In this document: positions 25,401 to 44,192 of the stretch, piece by piece | How positions within the stretch are numbered: the stretch's first letter is position 1 | How the letters are laid out: each line of letters begins with the position of its first letter | Origin: Nageia nagi | Lineage: Eukaryota > Plantae > Pinophyta | Length of the DNA stretch: 64,000 nucleotides | Assembly: GCA_050084985.1 (NCBI GenBank) | Contig: JBITNC010000001.1 | Coordinates: 28,272,001 to 28,336,000, forward strand | Direction of reading: 5' to 3' | Notes under the pieces: model-generated | The model's input: only the letters and a program-made list of their open reading frames with translations | What the model was told of the DNA's origin: nothing | Databases searched by the model: none | Position numbers and translations under genes: made by a program

Positions 25401-26049
25401 CAGATTCAAATACCAAATTGATATCGCTTTGTGATGATGCTTAAATGTAGTAATACTATAGCAATTGAAAACTTTTACACAGTTTATGAACCTCAGAGAA
25501 GGGTAACATGCATTATGATCCACATCCAAGGTCAGATGGGAGCCATAAAATGTTTGTACTCATGATTCTAGAGTACAAGCACAGAACTTATTACATGATT
25601 TGATTGTAGGAGTGAATTTCCTGCTGTAAGTAATCAATACACATGGCAGTTTCTTGTGATCTTGCAGTCATTAAACTCAAATATGCATCCAACATCACTT
25701 ACTAGAAAAGATAAATTTCCTAGCAAAATTACTACCATAGATACTCAGGAATCAATAACAATGTACCATTATTGAGTTTGTCATGAAAAAATTTTAACAC
25801 AAGGTTGTCAATCCACCACTATGGTGTTCTAACAACATTTTGTGGATTGAATCAAACATAAAACATACAAATAATTATTTAGCATCCAAATCCCAGATTC
25901 CCAAAAAGTTCAGTAATATATCATGAGTCATCCAAAAGATCTCACAAGAAATAGCCATGTCAATAATGTTCACTGATGGAAGGAGAGGGTAGAGAATAAC
26001 ATGTTCACTTGATTCTGAAACTTGATAATATGAGCATGTGCAATAAGAT

Positions 26050-33106
<7,057 letters not shown>

Positions 33107-33320
33107 TCGAACTTCCGAATTCGCAGAAGGAATTCCTTAACCCTTGCGACTCTGTATATACCGTACAAGTAAATGTTTGGAGTAGATATGTTGAAAGAAG
33201 TTAAAAAAAAGAGGAAAACAGTGACTCGTGGCATGCATCTATTTCAATTTATAGTATAGTAAAGTTTGTTGAATTAATGATGTATTAATTATATTGATAG
33301 TGTGATTTGCAAGAAAGGTG

Positions 33321-33347
33321 TATATATGTATATATATATATATATAT
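33321..33347. repeat. (TA)n microsatellite upstream of RPN11
   Basis: tatatatgta(ta)n. Confidence 0.85.
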
Positions 33348-33557
33348 TTTAAAGTTTTGAAATGTTTGTATTGTATTATTATTTTTATTTAATATAATTT
33401 AGATTTTTTTAATGGTAGTTCATTCTTTTGGATTTATATTTTTGAATTAGATTTTGTGTTTGTGGGGTTTTTGTTCGTTAAAGTTATCTAAGAGTCGCAT
33501 TCGATCACATCCACATCAATTATAAACTATCAATTGAATTTAACATATCAATATACG

Positions 33558-33645
33558 TGTGAAGGGGAAGAGTTTTGAACTTGGGACCTCATTTTTTCTA
33601 CTTGAGAGGTTTAAACACTCACTTGGCTCTCCAACTCCCCTTGCA
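33558..33645 (-). mobile_element. Short SINE/MITE-like element
   Basis: Minus strand has B-box-like GAGGTCCCAAGTTCAAAACTC; imperfect terminal inverted repeats TGTGAAGGGGA / TCCCCTTGCA. Confidence 0.35.
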
Positions 33646-34649
33646 TGATTTGATTAATTTAGATACATTTAAAGTACAATAAAATAATATTTATTAAAAT
33701 TATACAATAAATATCATATAAAATTATTTTAGATGAATGAAATTAGTAAATAATATTAAAAAAATGTATTTTATTAATCAAAGATAAATATTTATGAGAT
33801 TTATTTTAAAGATTTAAAGAATGAGAATAATGTTGATTATGACAAATCTAAAGACTTAAGTTGTTCTTCTTCAACACTTCTTTTTGCAACCCTTTTTTGT
33901 GACTTCATTTTTTCATAACGAACAAATGAAATTGAGGTAATATTATAAGTCCATCCAATACTTTGACATGAGAGATAGCAATAAATATTAAACCTTATCT
34001 TTTTAACATATTATATATGTATTGTCAACCAAACCATAATTATTACTTTGTAAACTTCTAAAAATAATCTTGAATTGTAAAAAGGTAAAAGATGTACCCA
34101 AATGATTAGTCATTTTCTTAAGTTTCATGGTTTTTCTCAAAAACAAGGTAACATTCTTAATCGGATGGCGATTGGCAACATAGTGTTAGAAGAGAGTGGG
34201 AATAAAAATTTGAATAAGGACTCTATTGAGGATTTGCATGGTGGACCTTTGAATAAGATGAGACCTTTTGAGGCAATTAATGACCTATCAATCCATGAGA
34301 AGGACATGTAGATGGATACGATCAAAGAGCTTTGTATGTGACTACTCCTAAACATTTGCATATTTGGGATTCTAGGCCTTTAGAGTCTACACATGTGATC
34401 TCATGGGAAAATGAACCCATTGATAGAAGAATGCATGATGTGATTAAGCTACCAAAACACACTAGATAACATTTGCATGTACTTGATACTCTCCCTTCAT
34501 GATTTTCCCACTTTAGATGTGTTATTAAAACTTGAGGAAATACAAAATTGGGATTAACAAAAACTAGTCAAATCCTACCAAGATCTACATTTGTGCATGC
34601 ACATGCGACCCACCACCATAGGTCTTTCATCTCTTCTAGAGCCAAATCA

Positions 34650-36680
34650 TGGATGAATGTGGTTCATGAAAACAAATAAAAAAGAACCCATACCTCATCA
34701 TACGGATTTGCAAACATAACAAGATAAGCTTCATATTCCTTTATAACATTTACCTCTATTAGGGATCAACGTATCTTTGATTGGAGGTTTTTTGGACACA
34801 ATATGGACTTAGATTCATTAAAAATAAGAGCTTTTCATAAATGGAAGTTGTAAGATCTATTTGATATTTCGACATTACCCAATGGCTTTTTTCTCATCAA
34901 GTTGAATACAAATGTAGACATGTAACATATTCTCTCAAGTAGCCTTTGATTCTTTAATCGAAGAGGTTTATTTCTCATAAGGTGGGGGTTGGACTTCAAT
35001 CCTTTTAGTCATAAAATTAATGTGGATCCTTTTTGGATTAAACTTATTGGTTTACTCATCCAATTTTGGAACAAATAAATCCTCTTATGTATTACTTGAG
35101 TTGTAGAAAACCCTATAATGAATGATAGACAATGCCAAAAAAGTGAAAATCAAAATGTTATACGCTAGGATTAGTGTATAAGAAAATCTAGAAGATGACC
35201 ACCCAAACATTATAACTCTCTTATACGAGTTTAGAACTAGGGAACAACAAATACAATAAGAATTCAACCCTAGATCATGTTTTATGTCTGGTCTGATTAG
35301 TCATTTCCTTAGTCCATGGCCTAAAAAGATGAGTGAGAAATATACCTTTTAGCCTTGAAAAGAAAAATTAGGAATGAAACCAACACCAATCAAAATTATG
35401 AATTGAACCTTATCCTGGGATCTTCTTCTAAAATAAGGCTTGAAGTGGTTATTCCAAATTAGGAGATTTTATAGGAGGATGTAAGGAGAAATTCTAAAGA
35501 AAAGGAAAGAATATGATAAGTGAAGAAAAAATAACTAAGGCAATATTTTTTTATAAGGGTAAAATTATTGATTCAGATTTTTTAAGTATGATCCCAAAAA
35601 TTAACTATTACAAATTATGTAAATACATTATCAATATAAGCCTATCTAAGCATGTCTAGTTCCTACTATTGCTTGGTTCTATGAAATAGGTAGTGCATGT
35701 CTACATCGTAGTATAGACTCTTTTCCACCTCTTTGATTAAATCATTAACTAAGGAAATATTTTAAAAGGAGTGGCAAGATAAGGATATAAAAGGATAAAT
35801 TATTTTGGAAAGAAATCTAATAAGGAAGACTTGTGAATAACCCCTCAACCAAATAAAACTCCCAAGAGAACCTTGCATCAAGGGAAAACATTGGTGGCAC
35901 ATAAGTCATATAAGCCTCTAGAAGATACAAATATGGAGGAAGGATAAATTCCATCATATTTCCCTGACTATTATGAAAAAAAAGTAATTGAAAAATGATA
36001 AAAAAGGAGATATAGGAGGTAGATCCTTTTTTATAGGTTGCAATCTCAACCCAATTCAATAGAAAGTCATGTAGGAGGCATTAAGAATTAGGAAACTACA
36101 ATACTTCTAATGAGCAGAGGCATTAACTTCTCAAGCAGAAACAACATCATAAGGATTGAATAAGAAGGTGGGAAAACCTATCGAACAAGAGATAAAGAGG
36201 AAAGAAACAAAAGCAAAATTAGCCAAAGGAGCTCATACAACCATAATCCTTGGTAAAAAGTAGATGATAATTAGGAATCATAAATTGCTTGGACCTAAAA
36301 GTATTATTTTACAAAGGAATAATTACTTGAAAAGAGTTTGACAAGAGGAAGTCAATATTTATAAAAAAAGGGATCAAAGCCACAAACTCTTATGGAGAGC
36401 ATGTTTCAAAAGTTTGCCTTCAAAAATCAAGGTAAGCCTATGGAAGCTACTCTAACAAGAAATAACAAGAGTAAGAGAAAAAGTTACTATATGATTGAAT
36501 AGCCTTTTAGTTGTACAATTTTATGTTCTTTGTTTTGAAGGGTCTAGGTTAACAAGATCTATGATTAACCATGTACAAATAATTTGGACTATTTTATTTT
36601 ATAACTTATTGATTATCCTTCTAATGAAGTTGTAAAAGGTTTGGGGAACCTTTCAAAGCCCTAAATTTACTTATAAAAAA
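34650..36680 (+). mobile_element. Decayed LINE (L1-type): ORF1 DUF4283 and zinc knuckle remnant plus A-rich 3' end
   Basis: LPNGFFLIK...GLFLIRWGLDFNP...PFWIKLIGLLIQFW, YARI and a CF..G...H....WP knuckle at about 34875-35325; A-rich end at about 36675. Confidence 0.7.
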
Positions 36681-36939
36681 ATGTACCCAAAAATTATAAT
36701 TGCATACAAGTATGAATATGTTATAAAGATGTTATGCATAAATAATCATTTGTAATTGATATAATGTATATTACTATTAGGTATTGAGAATATAAGGAAT
36801 TGTTTGACCTTATAAGTTATTCATCCAATTTCTCTCTTTGCATTTTAAGGACCAAGGATATAATACAAAGAGGATGATAGAAAAATTTTAAGGTTATTTT
36901 ATAAAAAAATCATGTTGTTTCTATAAGATAAATACATAG

Positions 36940-38540
36940 TACTTCTAATTTTTGAGCTAAGGAATTATTACACCTTGATGAAAAGATATATAATCTTGTA
37001 TATATCTTTAAGTGTGATGGTTAATCTCTTCCATAAGAAGATGGTAGGAGATAGTGTCAAGATTCCATCTTCTTGACTATAGTGTAGTATCAACCACCAC
37101 TTATAAAAAGTTAAAAGAATCACCCAAATCAATTATCTTTAGCATACCCTAGTCCTTGTACTCTAGATTTAGTGAATTAATAATGCATAATACACCTCTT
37201 TTTAGGAATATTGTATCTCTTTTTTGTAGATGATCAAGGGTGATGATATGGTTGAGGTATGTTACCCAATAAAAATCATAATCTTAGGATTCATGCCTTT
37301 AATCCAAATTTTCTTATGGGGTAAAGGTTGATCCGAATTAGGGATGAGTGATGCATATCCAAAATTTACTATGTATATTCCTTACATGCATAGTTTCCAA
37401 AGTGGTTTGTTCAAAGCTCAATCATTCAATAGGATGAGATATCTTTGAAGAAGATCATTGATATGTTCAACTACTTCCTAGAGAGGAATAACTATCAAGG
37501 TTGAATTTCTCCATATTATTTTATCCTCTTATAGAATGATATACTTTTACATCATATGCATAAAATTGTTGATTTTATAATCAACAAGTTCTTTATATTT
37601 AATCATTTCCTTGAGTGATTCTGTGGATAGCAAAGCATCTTCTTAGAAATATATATAAGCTTCATTACTAAATTTGCAATATATATGGATCCATAGGATC
37701 AATCTAATTTTTTTAAGTCCATTTCAAAATGAATACCCTTTGGATAGGAATCCAATTTTGAGTTAATGATCATCCACTTTTAAATACTTTACAACTTGGT
37801 CTAGTTTGTTGCATAATCTCCAACCTAATATGATTCTAAATTCTTGACTGAACTATTTTATCTTCCTCAATCCTAGCCCTCCATGGAATTTTGGGAGGCA
37901 TACCTTCTTCCATTTTACTAATGATTTTCTTTTCTTCAATTCAAATCCATAGGAATTTGGAATATTTTTTTATATCAATTTTTTCATAAATAGTTATTGA
38001 AATATTTAAAATTGGAGACTAGTATAAAAGAATACTTCATAGGACTATTTTTACTAATTGATATTTACTTTCCAAGTTAACGATTATGCCTTTCCATATT
38101 ACTAACATTTTTTTGGAATATTTGAATTAAACTTATCTAGAGATATTCTTTTAACTAATATCTCTTTTAACTACTATGGAAGATGGGTATTGCAAAGTAA
38201 GTATTGGGGAGTTCACTTACTTGACATTAGGATAGTCTTAATATACATCTTTGTATAATGGGTACTAAAGTTAATCTTTTATTATGAATCTTCCTTGTAA
38301 TTATTAAGAATCTTTAGTAGATTTTTGGCCTCAATGATGGAAGCTTTTTATAATAGAATTGTGTCATTTATTAATTGGATATGAGTGATTGTTGTTATAA
38401 CCATAAAAGGTTTTAGCCCTTGGATTCTTCCTATTGCCTTCTATAATATGATTATCCTACCAATATATTTTTTCATAATAATGAGTAGGTAAGAAAATAT
38501 TGGATCAATTGGCATAGACCTCTCTAAAATTGGAAAAATC
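36940..38540 (-). mobile_element. Decayed LINE ORF2 reverse transcriptase remnant
   Basis: Minus strand has LVKWKKVCLPKFHGGLGLR (about 37870-37925), degraded GLRQGDP-like and THIQ..DT motifs, and many stops. Confidence 0.8.
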
Positions 38541-38549
38541 TTATTGGTT

Positions 38550-41500
38550 ATCCATTTCTAAGGATTGAGAAAGCTTCTGTTCAGATGCATTACTAGATCC
38601 ATGAACTTTGAGTGTTGTTGTAGATATGTAAAAGTGGGAATTGCAATAAACTAAGAACCAAACAATAATCCCAATATCTAATTTAGGTTTAATAAATCTA
38701 ATCGCCAAATGATAATATCTAGGGCATAAATACAAATAAGCAATAATACCTAGATATCAGATCAAATCAATAGTAAGTATGAAAGATCATTCAATAAATG
38801 GATAGAGTTAACTATGTAGTATACCTAGATTGCAAAAAGGGATGTATAATTGAACTCAGGAGGATTGTTAATAGCTTAGTGTAAATTGTATGTAGCTAAC
38901 TCCAAGAAATAGACCATTGGCAATCTACCTACTTCACAACGAGATGTAAGGGGTTTGTTATCAAGTCATGGGCAATTCTCTTCCAATGGATCCACCATCT
39001 ATGATAAATGCCATAGCTTCATTCATATATAAGAATGTTAGCAAATATGTGCACAAGATCATAAATAACATAAGAAAGCTCAAGTAGGCCAATCTCAAGT
39101 TTGATAGATGACATTGATAAACACCAAAAAGTTGTTTACCCACACTATCATGTTCTAAGAAGGAATGGTAGTAGATTAATAATTTTCTCCTTGTTTATAC
39201 ATGTCAACAAATAAAGGTTGGCCATTAGTCCATAATTTTAGGATAAATACAAATAAACTAAGTCAATTAGTATTCATTTATGACACCTAAAATATACGAT
39301 TTTTAAATAAATAAAAATCTAATCTAGGTGTCTATAGATACCCCACTTTGGAAGTATGAATAAAAACTACAAGTATTTAGAAATCATGCATTCAAAAGTA
39401 AAATATACAAAAAAAATTCCCTAAAAAATTTGTTGATCTGCTTCATGATAATGCCAACTCCATGCCCCTTTTTAACTTGGGTACTTTTTGCAGCAAGGCA
39501 AGAAAGAAGGATTCAAGGCAAAAATGAGATGCACCAAAATGTTAATCATCTACCAAAGACATCAATGTATACTGAACATTTGTTGTTATATCATACATGT
39601 CATAACAACATGTTAGCTCAAATTTATATCATACATATGGATATTTTTAATCGTTATTAATCCAACAACAAACTTTGAGATATACACGATGCAATTGGCT
39701 ATCTTGGAAAAATAACTATCTACTCATGAAGGTCATGGATAACAATGCCCCATAATATATCTTTATTTTTCCCAAAAGACACAAAATAAATAATCTAGGA
39801 TTATAGCCACCTACCAGTGATATTCATAGATAACTTGATCCAAAGAATGACTACGATAAGCATATTTTTGAATAAAACACCAATGAATTATACCTAAAAT
39901 CCTCTTGGATTAAGTTCTGCCAAGTTGAAATGTGATAAATTAAACTTGTTTGATAATGATGATAATCTCTAAAGATGTCATCCACCAAAATAAGATCATT
40001 ATGTTAAGGAGAAAATTCTAGTACAAAAAACCACCAAATCTCTAACACCCTATACCTAAAACTTACCCACTCAATGATTATGCATTTGTAGCTAAATTAG
40101 ATAAACATAATAAACTCATATATTGATAAATGTTTATAAACTTAAGGATTGATAAACAATTACTCAAGCATTGAAAAACTATTGATAACTCAAAACTCAT
40201 GCTTTTGATAAACTATTGATAAACTCATTGATATGATAAATGAATTGAGAAGTAAAATACATTCATGATAAAAACATTGATATGTAAGGCACATATATGA
40301 TAATTACATTGATAAAAAGAATATATACATGATAAACACATTGATAATCAAGATACATATATGATAATCACATTGATAAGCAAAATATATTCATGATAAA
40401 AACATTGATAAGCATAACATATACATGCTAAACACTTTGATAAGCACAAAATATACATGATAAACACATTGATAATAAAGACACATATATGATAATCACA
40501 TTGATAAACAAAATATATACATTATAAATACATTGATAAGCATAACATATATATGATAAACACATTAATAAGCACAACATATACATGATAAATACATTGA
40601 TAAGCAATACACATATATGATAATCACATTGATAAGTAAAAAATATACATGCTAAAAACATTGATAAGATAAATATATTGATAAGAAATATACATATATG
40701 ATAATCATATTGATAAGCAAAACACATACATGATAAACACATTGATAAGCAAGATACATTGATAAATAATATACATATAAAATAAATATATTGATAAGCA
40801 AAACACATATACAATAATCATATTGATAAGTAAGACACGTATATGATAAACACATCAATAAGAAAAACACATACATGATAAACACATTGATAATAAAGAA
40901 CATATATGATAAGCATATTTATAAGGCTTGGAATCAAACATACCTAATACTTACTTGATGTTGATGCAAAATTTGGCCATCTCTGAGAATTTAAGCTAGG
41001 ATATGATAAAAATTAAGATCGCCAGTGGTTTAAAAAAGTTTAAAAAGATCACCAATAGTCCTATTTGCTTAATTGTTTCTAAAAATATCACTTTCACTGA
41101 TCACCATTGGTCTTAAGATACTCACTTTTAAGATTGATTCTCATTTTTTTTCTCATAAAAAATCCCTATGACTGACTAACTACTAAGATTGCTATGTTGA
41201 ATTGAACTTAAATTGTTTTGATTTGATCCTACTTATTCTAACTAATTCTAACCTAAACTCACATTTGCACCAATCACATATGAGATACCTCCCTTTCAAA
41301 ATCTAACTTTCAAATTAGGACCATCAATGGTAAATTTTTATGACAATTTCTAAATTTAATCTTATCTGAATATTTAATTGATACATCCCAACTAATATTC
41401 TACACATATCACTGATACTCACTAATTCATAACCTACCCCCAAGTTGGACTATGATTTCCCCCTTTCAAACTTTTAGTTTTTGTTAATCATGAAATGCAA

Positions 41501-41900
41501 TTTCCCAAACCTAAGATACACTTGATCAATATGATAAGCTGATGGAAAAGATGCCATAATGAAAAATGGAATAAAAGTAGGAACAAGTGATAAAATTGAT
41601 GACAAATTGATGAAACAAGAATTGAAGAGAGAAATAATAAAAAGTTTAATGAAAGATAAAATGAGAAGCCGTGATGAGAAATAAAAGGAAAAACCATGAT
41701 GAGAAATAGCCAAAACTTGATGACAAACAAACATGGTGATATGGCTCCATATTGAATAAATGCATGAAATTTCATGAGTCATATGATATACAACCTAATG
41801 ATAATGCAAATATATATGATGATGCAAACCTAACATATGTTATATGATATGAAAACCTATGTTATATGATAATGCATTCTTATTCTAGATGAAAATAAGG
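38550..41900 (-). mobile_element. Remnant of a Tat/Ogre-like LTR element: LTR end at 39336, PPT, and 3' noncoding region with tandem array
   Basis: aggtgtctata|gataccccactttg junction resembles those at 15762 and 49382; outer boundaries are approximate. Confidence 0.45.
40266..40915. repeat. Tandem array of about 20 copies of a 32-bp unit (TGATAAACACATTGATAAGCAAAATATATACA-like)
   Basis: Unit starts at 40266, 40298, 40330, 40362, 40394, 40426 and onward with exact 32-bp period to about 40650; less regular afterwards. Confidence 0.92.
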
Positions 41901-42787
41901 ATATTTATCAAGTAATGTGTGAGGCTGGTTCCCTTACCTTTTATCATCAAGAAACCTCAGGTTATTAACATATAATTTTTCTTTACTAATCTTGAGTGCT
42001 AGCTTACAGTTTTATGTTTCTTCCATGTTGTTGATGACGAATGACATTCAATTGAATTCTTTTAGTACCAAGCGATTAAAGTATTGAATATCCTAATTTA
42101 AAAAAGATATTTACTAAGAAATCTATCAAGGAAACAACATCTTGAAAAGTATCATTAGTAGAATTAGTATCCTTGACTTCATTATTATGACTACCAATAT
42201 TGTGACTAACAATATCACAAAATGGTAATTCATGAAATGGTGTACTTTTGGTTATCCTATTCTCTTCCAGAACTTTTATAACATTAATAAGATGTTTATA
42301 TTGCTTTGATGGATGAGAGTCAATATATTGCTTACTTTGAAGAATAAATTGTAAAAACTTTACCTTGATTTTATATTCTTGATGTGACAAATTACCTTGT
42401 TCCATATCCTTGTTAAGCAACCTTTGAATTTTATCTTTTTCTTCCTTAAGTTTCTTTTCTTCAAGAAAAGCATTAGTATTGATTACATCATGGAAATCAA
42501 TATTTTCAACATTATTTGTTCTACCGAAATAGTTGGTGGAGGATTAACATTTTTTTCAATTTTGTTTTCAAAATACTATTAGATATACTTATCATAGAGA
42601 AGCATCATAAATAATTTTTCATCAACTAACATATATTCCTTGAGCTTCACTAGTTCACTTTCAAATGATAGATTGTCAAATGCAATGTCATAAAACTCAT
42701 TCTCACCAATATCATCATCTACATAATCCCTAATATATATATATAAATATATATAATAGTCAACAATATCACTATCATCCTCGTAAT

Positions 42788-43243
42788 TATTGGAAAGTTT
42801 AATGTAATATTGTGTAATATTTATTTTTAATATAAATTCATTTAATGCTTAAAGTATCTTTAGATACCTTAAAGCATTAAAGGAATAAAAATAGAAAGAA
42901 GAATAAATATAGAAACACCTTTAACCTTACCCTTGGGTAAAATGAAGGTTAAAGCATGGGTTAGTTCTTATAAATAGAGAGGTACCCCTCTCATTATGTA
43001 ACTTGATTAAACTTGATGAAGCATGGTAATGCTTATCATGTAGAGTTGTAAGAGAGTTATCTTATGAGAAAGTAATAGAATGATGGTTCAAAGTGGATGT
43101 ACTCCCAAGAGATAAAGGAACCATTATACATCATGTGTTATCCTTTATGTGATTGTTTCTTGTATTGGTATATGGACGAATGGTTGATTTTTTGGAGAGA
43201 CTTCAAGGTGATATTGGTTATATGGAATCCTTCAATTTTATCA
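42788..43243 (+). mobile_element. Ty1/copia-type LTR, left arm of an inverted pair
   Basis: TATTGG (decayed TG)...ATCA ends; TATAAATA at about 42969; roughly 90% identical to the reverse complement of 43721-44192. Confidence 0.85.
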
Positions 43244-43294
43244 AGTGACATTTTTTTTATTTTCTATATATATATATATCTATATATATGTATG

Positions 43295-43555
43295 TATGTA
43301 TTAAATTGTATTATATGTTTTTAAAAAAATAAAAAAACTAAATAAACAATATAGAAAAAATTTAAAAAAATATATATTCTGTTTAATATATATATATATT
43401 AAACTGTATTATATGTTTTTTAAAAAATAAAAAAAATTGAATAAAAAATACAGAAATTTTTTAAAAATATATATTCTGTTATATATATATATATTAAATT
43501 GTATTATATATTTTTAAAAACTAAAAAAAATTGAATAAAAAATACAGAAAAAAAT
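43295..43555. repeat. About three tandem copies of a roughly 95-bp AT-rich unit
   Basis: tattaaa(c/t)tgtattatat(g/a)ttttt...aaataaa...a(c/t)agaaa repeated at about 43298, 43397 and 43492. Confidence 0.75.
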
Positions 43556-43657
43556 AATTAAAGAACATGATAGTTCAATTCTTTTACTATGCATTATTTT
43601 TTTACTAACAATTTGTTAGTTGTAATTTTTTGAGATAAATTGCTTAATGTGTAGTAC

Positions 43658-43660
<3 letters not shown>

Positions 43661-43705
<45 letters not shown>
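43661..43705. repeat. (AT)n microsatellite, about 22 units
   Basis: Uninterrupted atat run. Confidence 0.95.
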
Positions 43706-43708
<3 letters not shown>

Positions 43709-43720
43709 AAAACTATCACT

Positions 43721-44192
43721 TGATAGAATTGAAGGATTCCATATAACCAAGATCACCTTGAAGTTTCTCCAACAAATCAACCATTCAACCATATACCAAC
43801 GCAAGAAACAATCACACAAAAGATAAGACACGATGTATAGTGGTTCCTCCATCTCTTGGAAGTACATCCACTTTGAACCATCATTCTATTACTTTCTCAG
43901 AAGATAACTCTCCTACAACTCTACATGACAAGCATTACCATGCTTCATGAAGTTTAATCAAGTTACATAATGAGAGAGGTACCTCTTTATTTAAAAAGAA
44001 CTAACCCACCCTTTAAACCTTCTTTTTACCCAAGGGAAAGGTTAAAGGTGTTTCTATATTTATTCATCTTTCTATTTTTATTCCTTTAATGCTTTAAAGT
44101 ATCTAAAGATACTTTCAACATTAAGTGAATTTACATTAAAAATAAATATTATATAATAAATATTACACACTATTACATTACAATTTTTAACA
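43721..44192 (-). mobile_element. Ty1/copia-type 3' LTR, right arm of the inverted pair, preceded by a PPT
   Basis: Minus strand reads ACATTAAGGGGAAG|TGTT...ATCA. Confidence 0.85.

Noticed and set aside
40428-40903. Hydrophobic Cys/Tyr-rich ORFs as membrane proteins
   Set aside because: They are translations of the 32-bp satellite.
40266-40915. 32-bp periodic array as a CRISPR array
   Set aside because: Units are contiguous degenerate copies with no unique spacers, there are no cas genes, and the context is eukaryotic.
43097-43867. Two similar ORFs (43097..43324 + and 43616..43867 -) as duplicated small genes
   Set aside because: They are chance frames in the inverted LTR pair that run into (TA)n.
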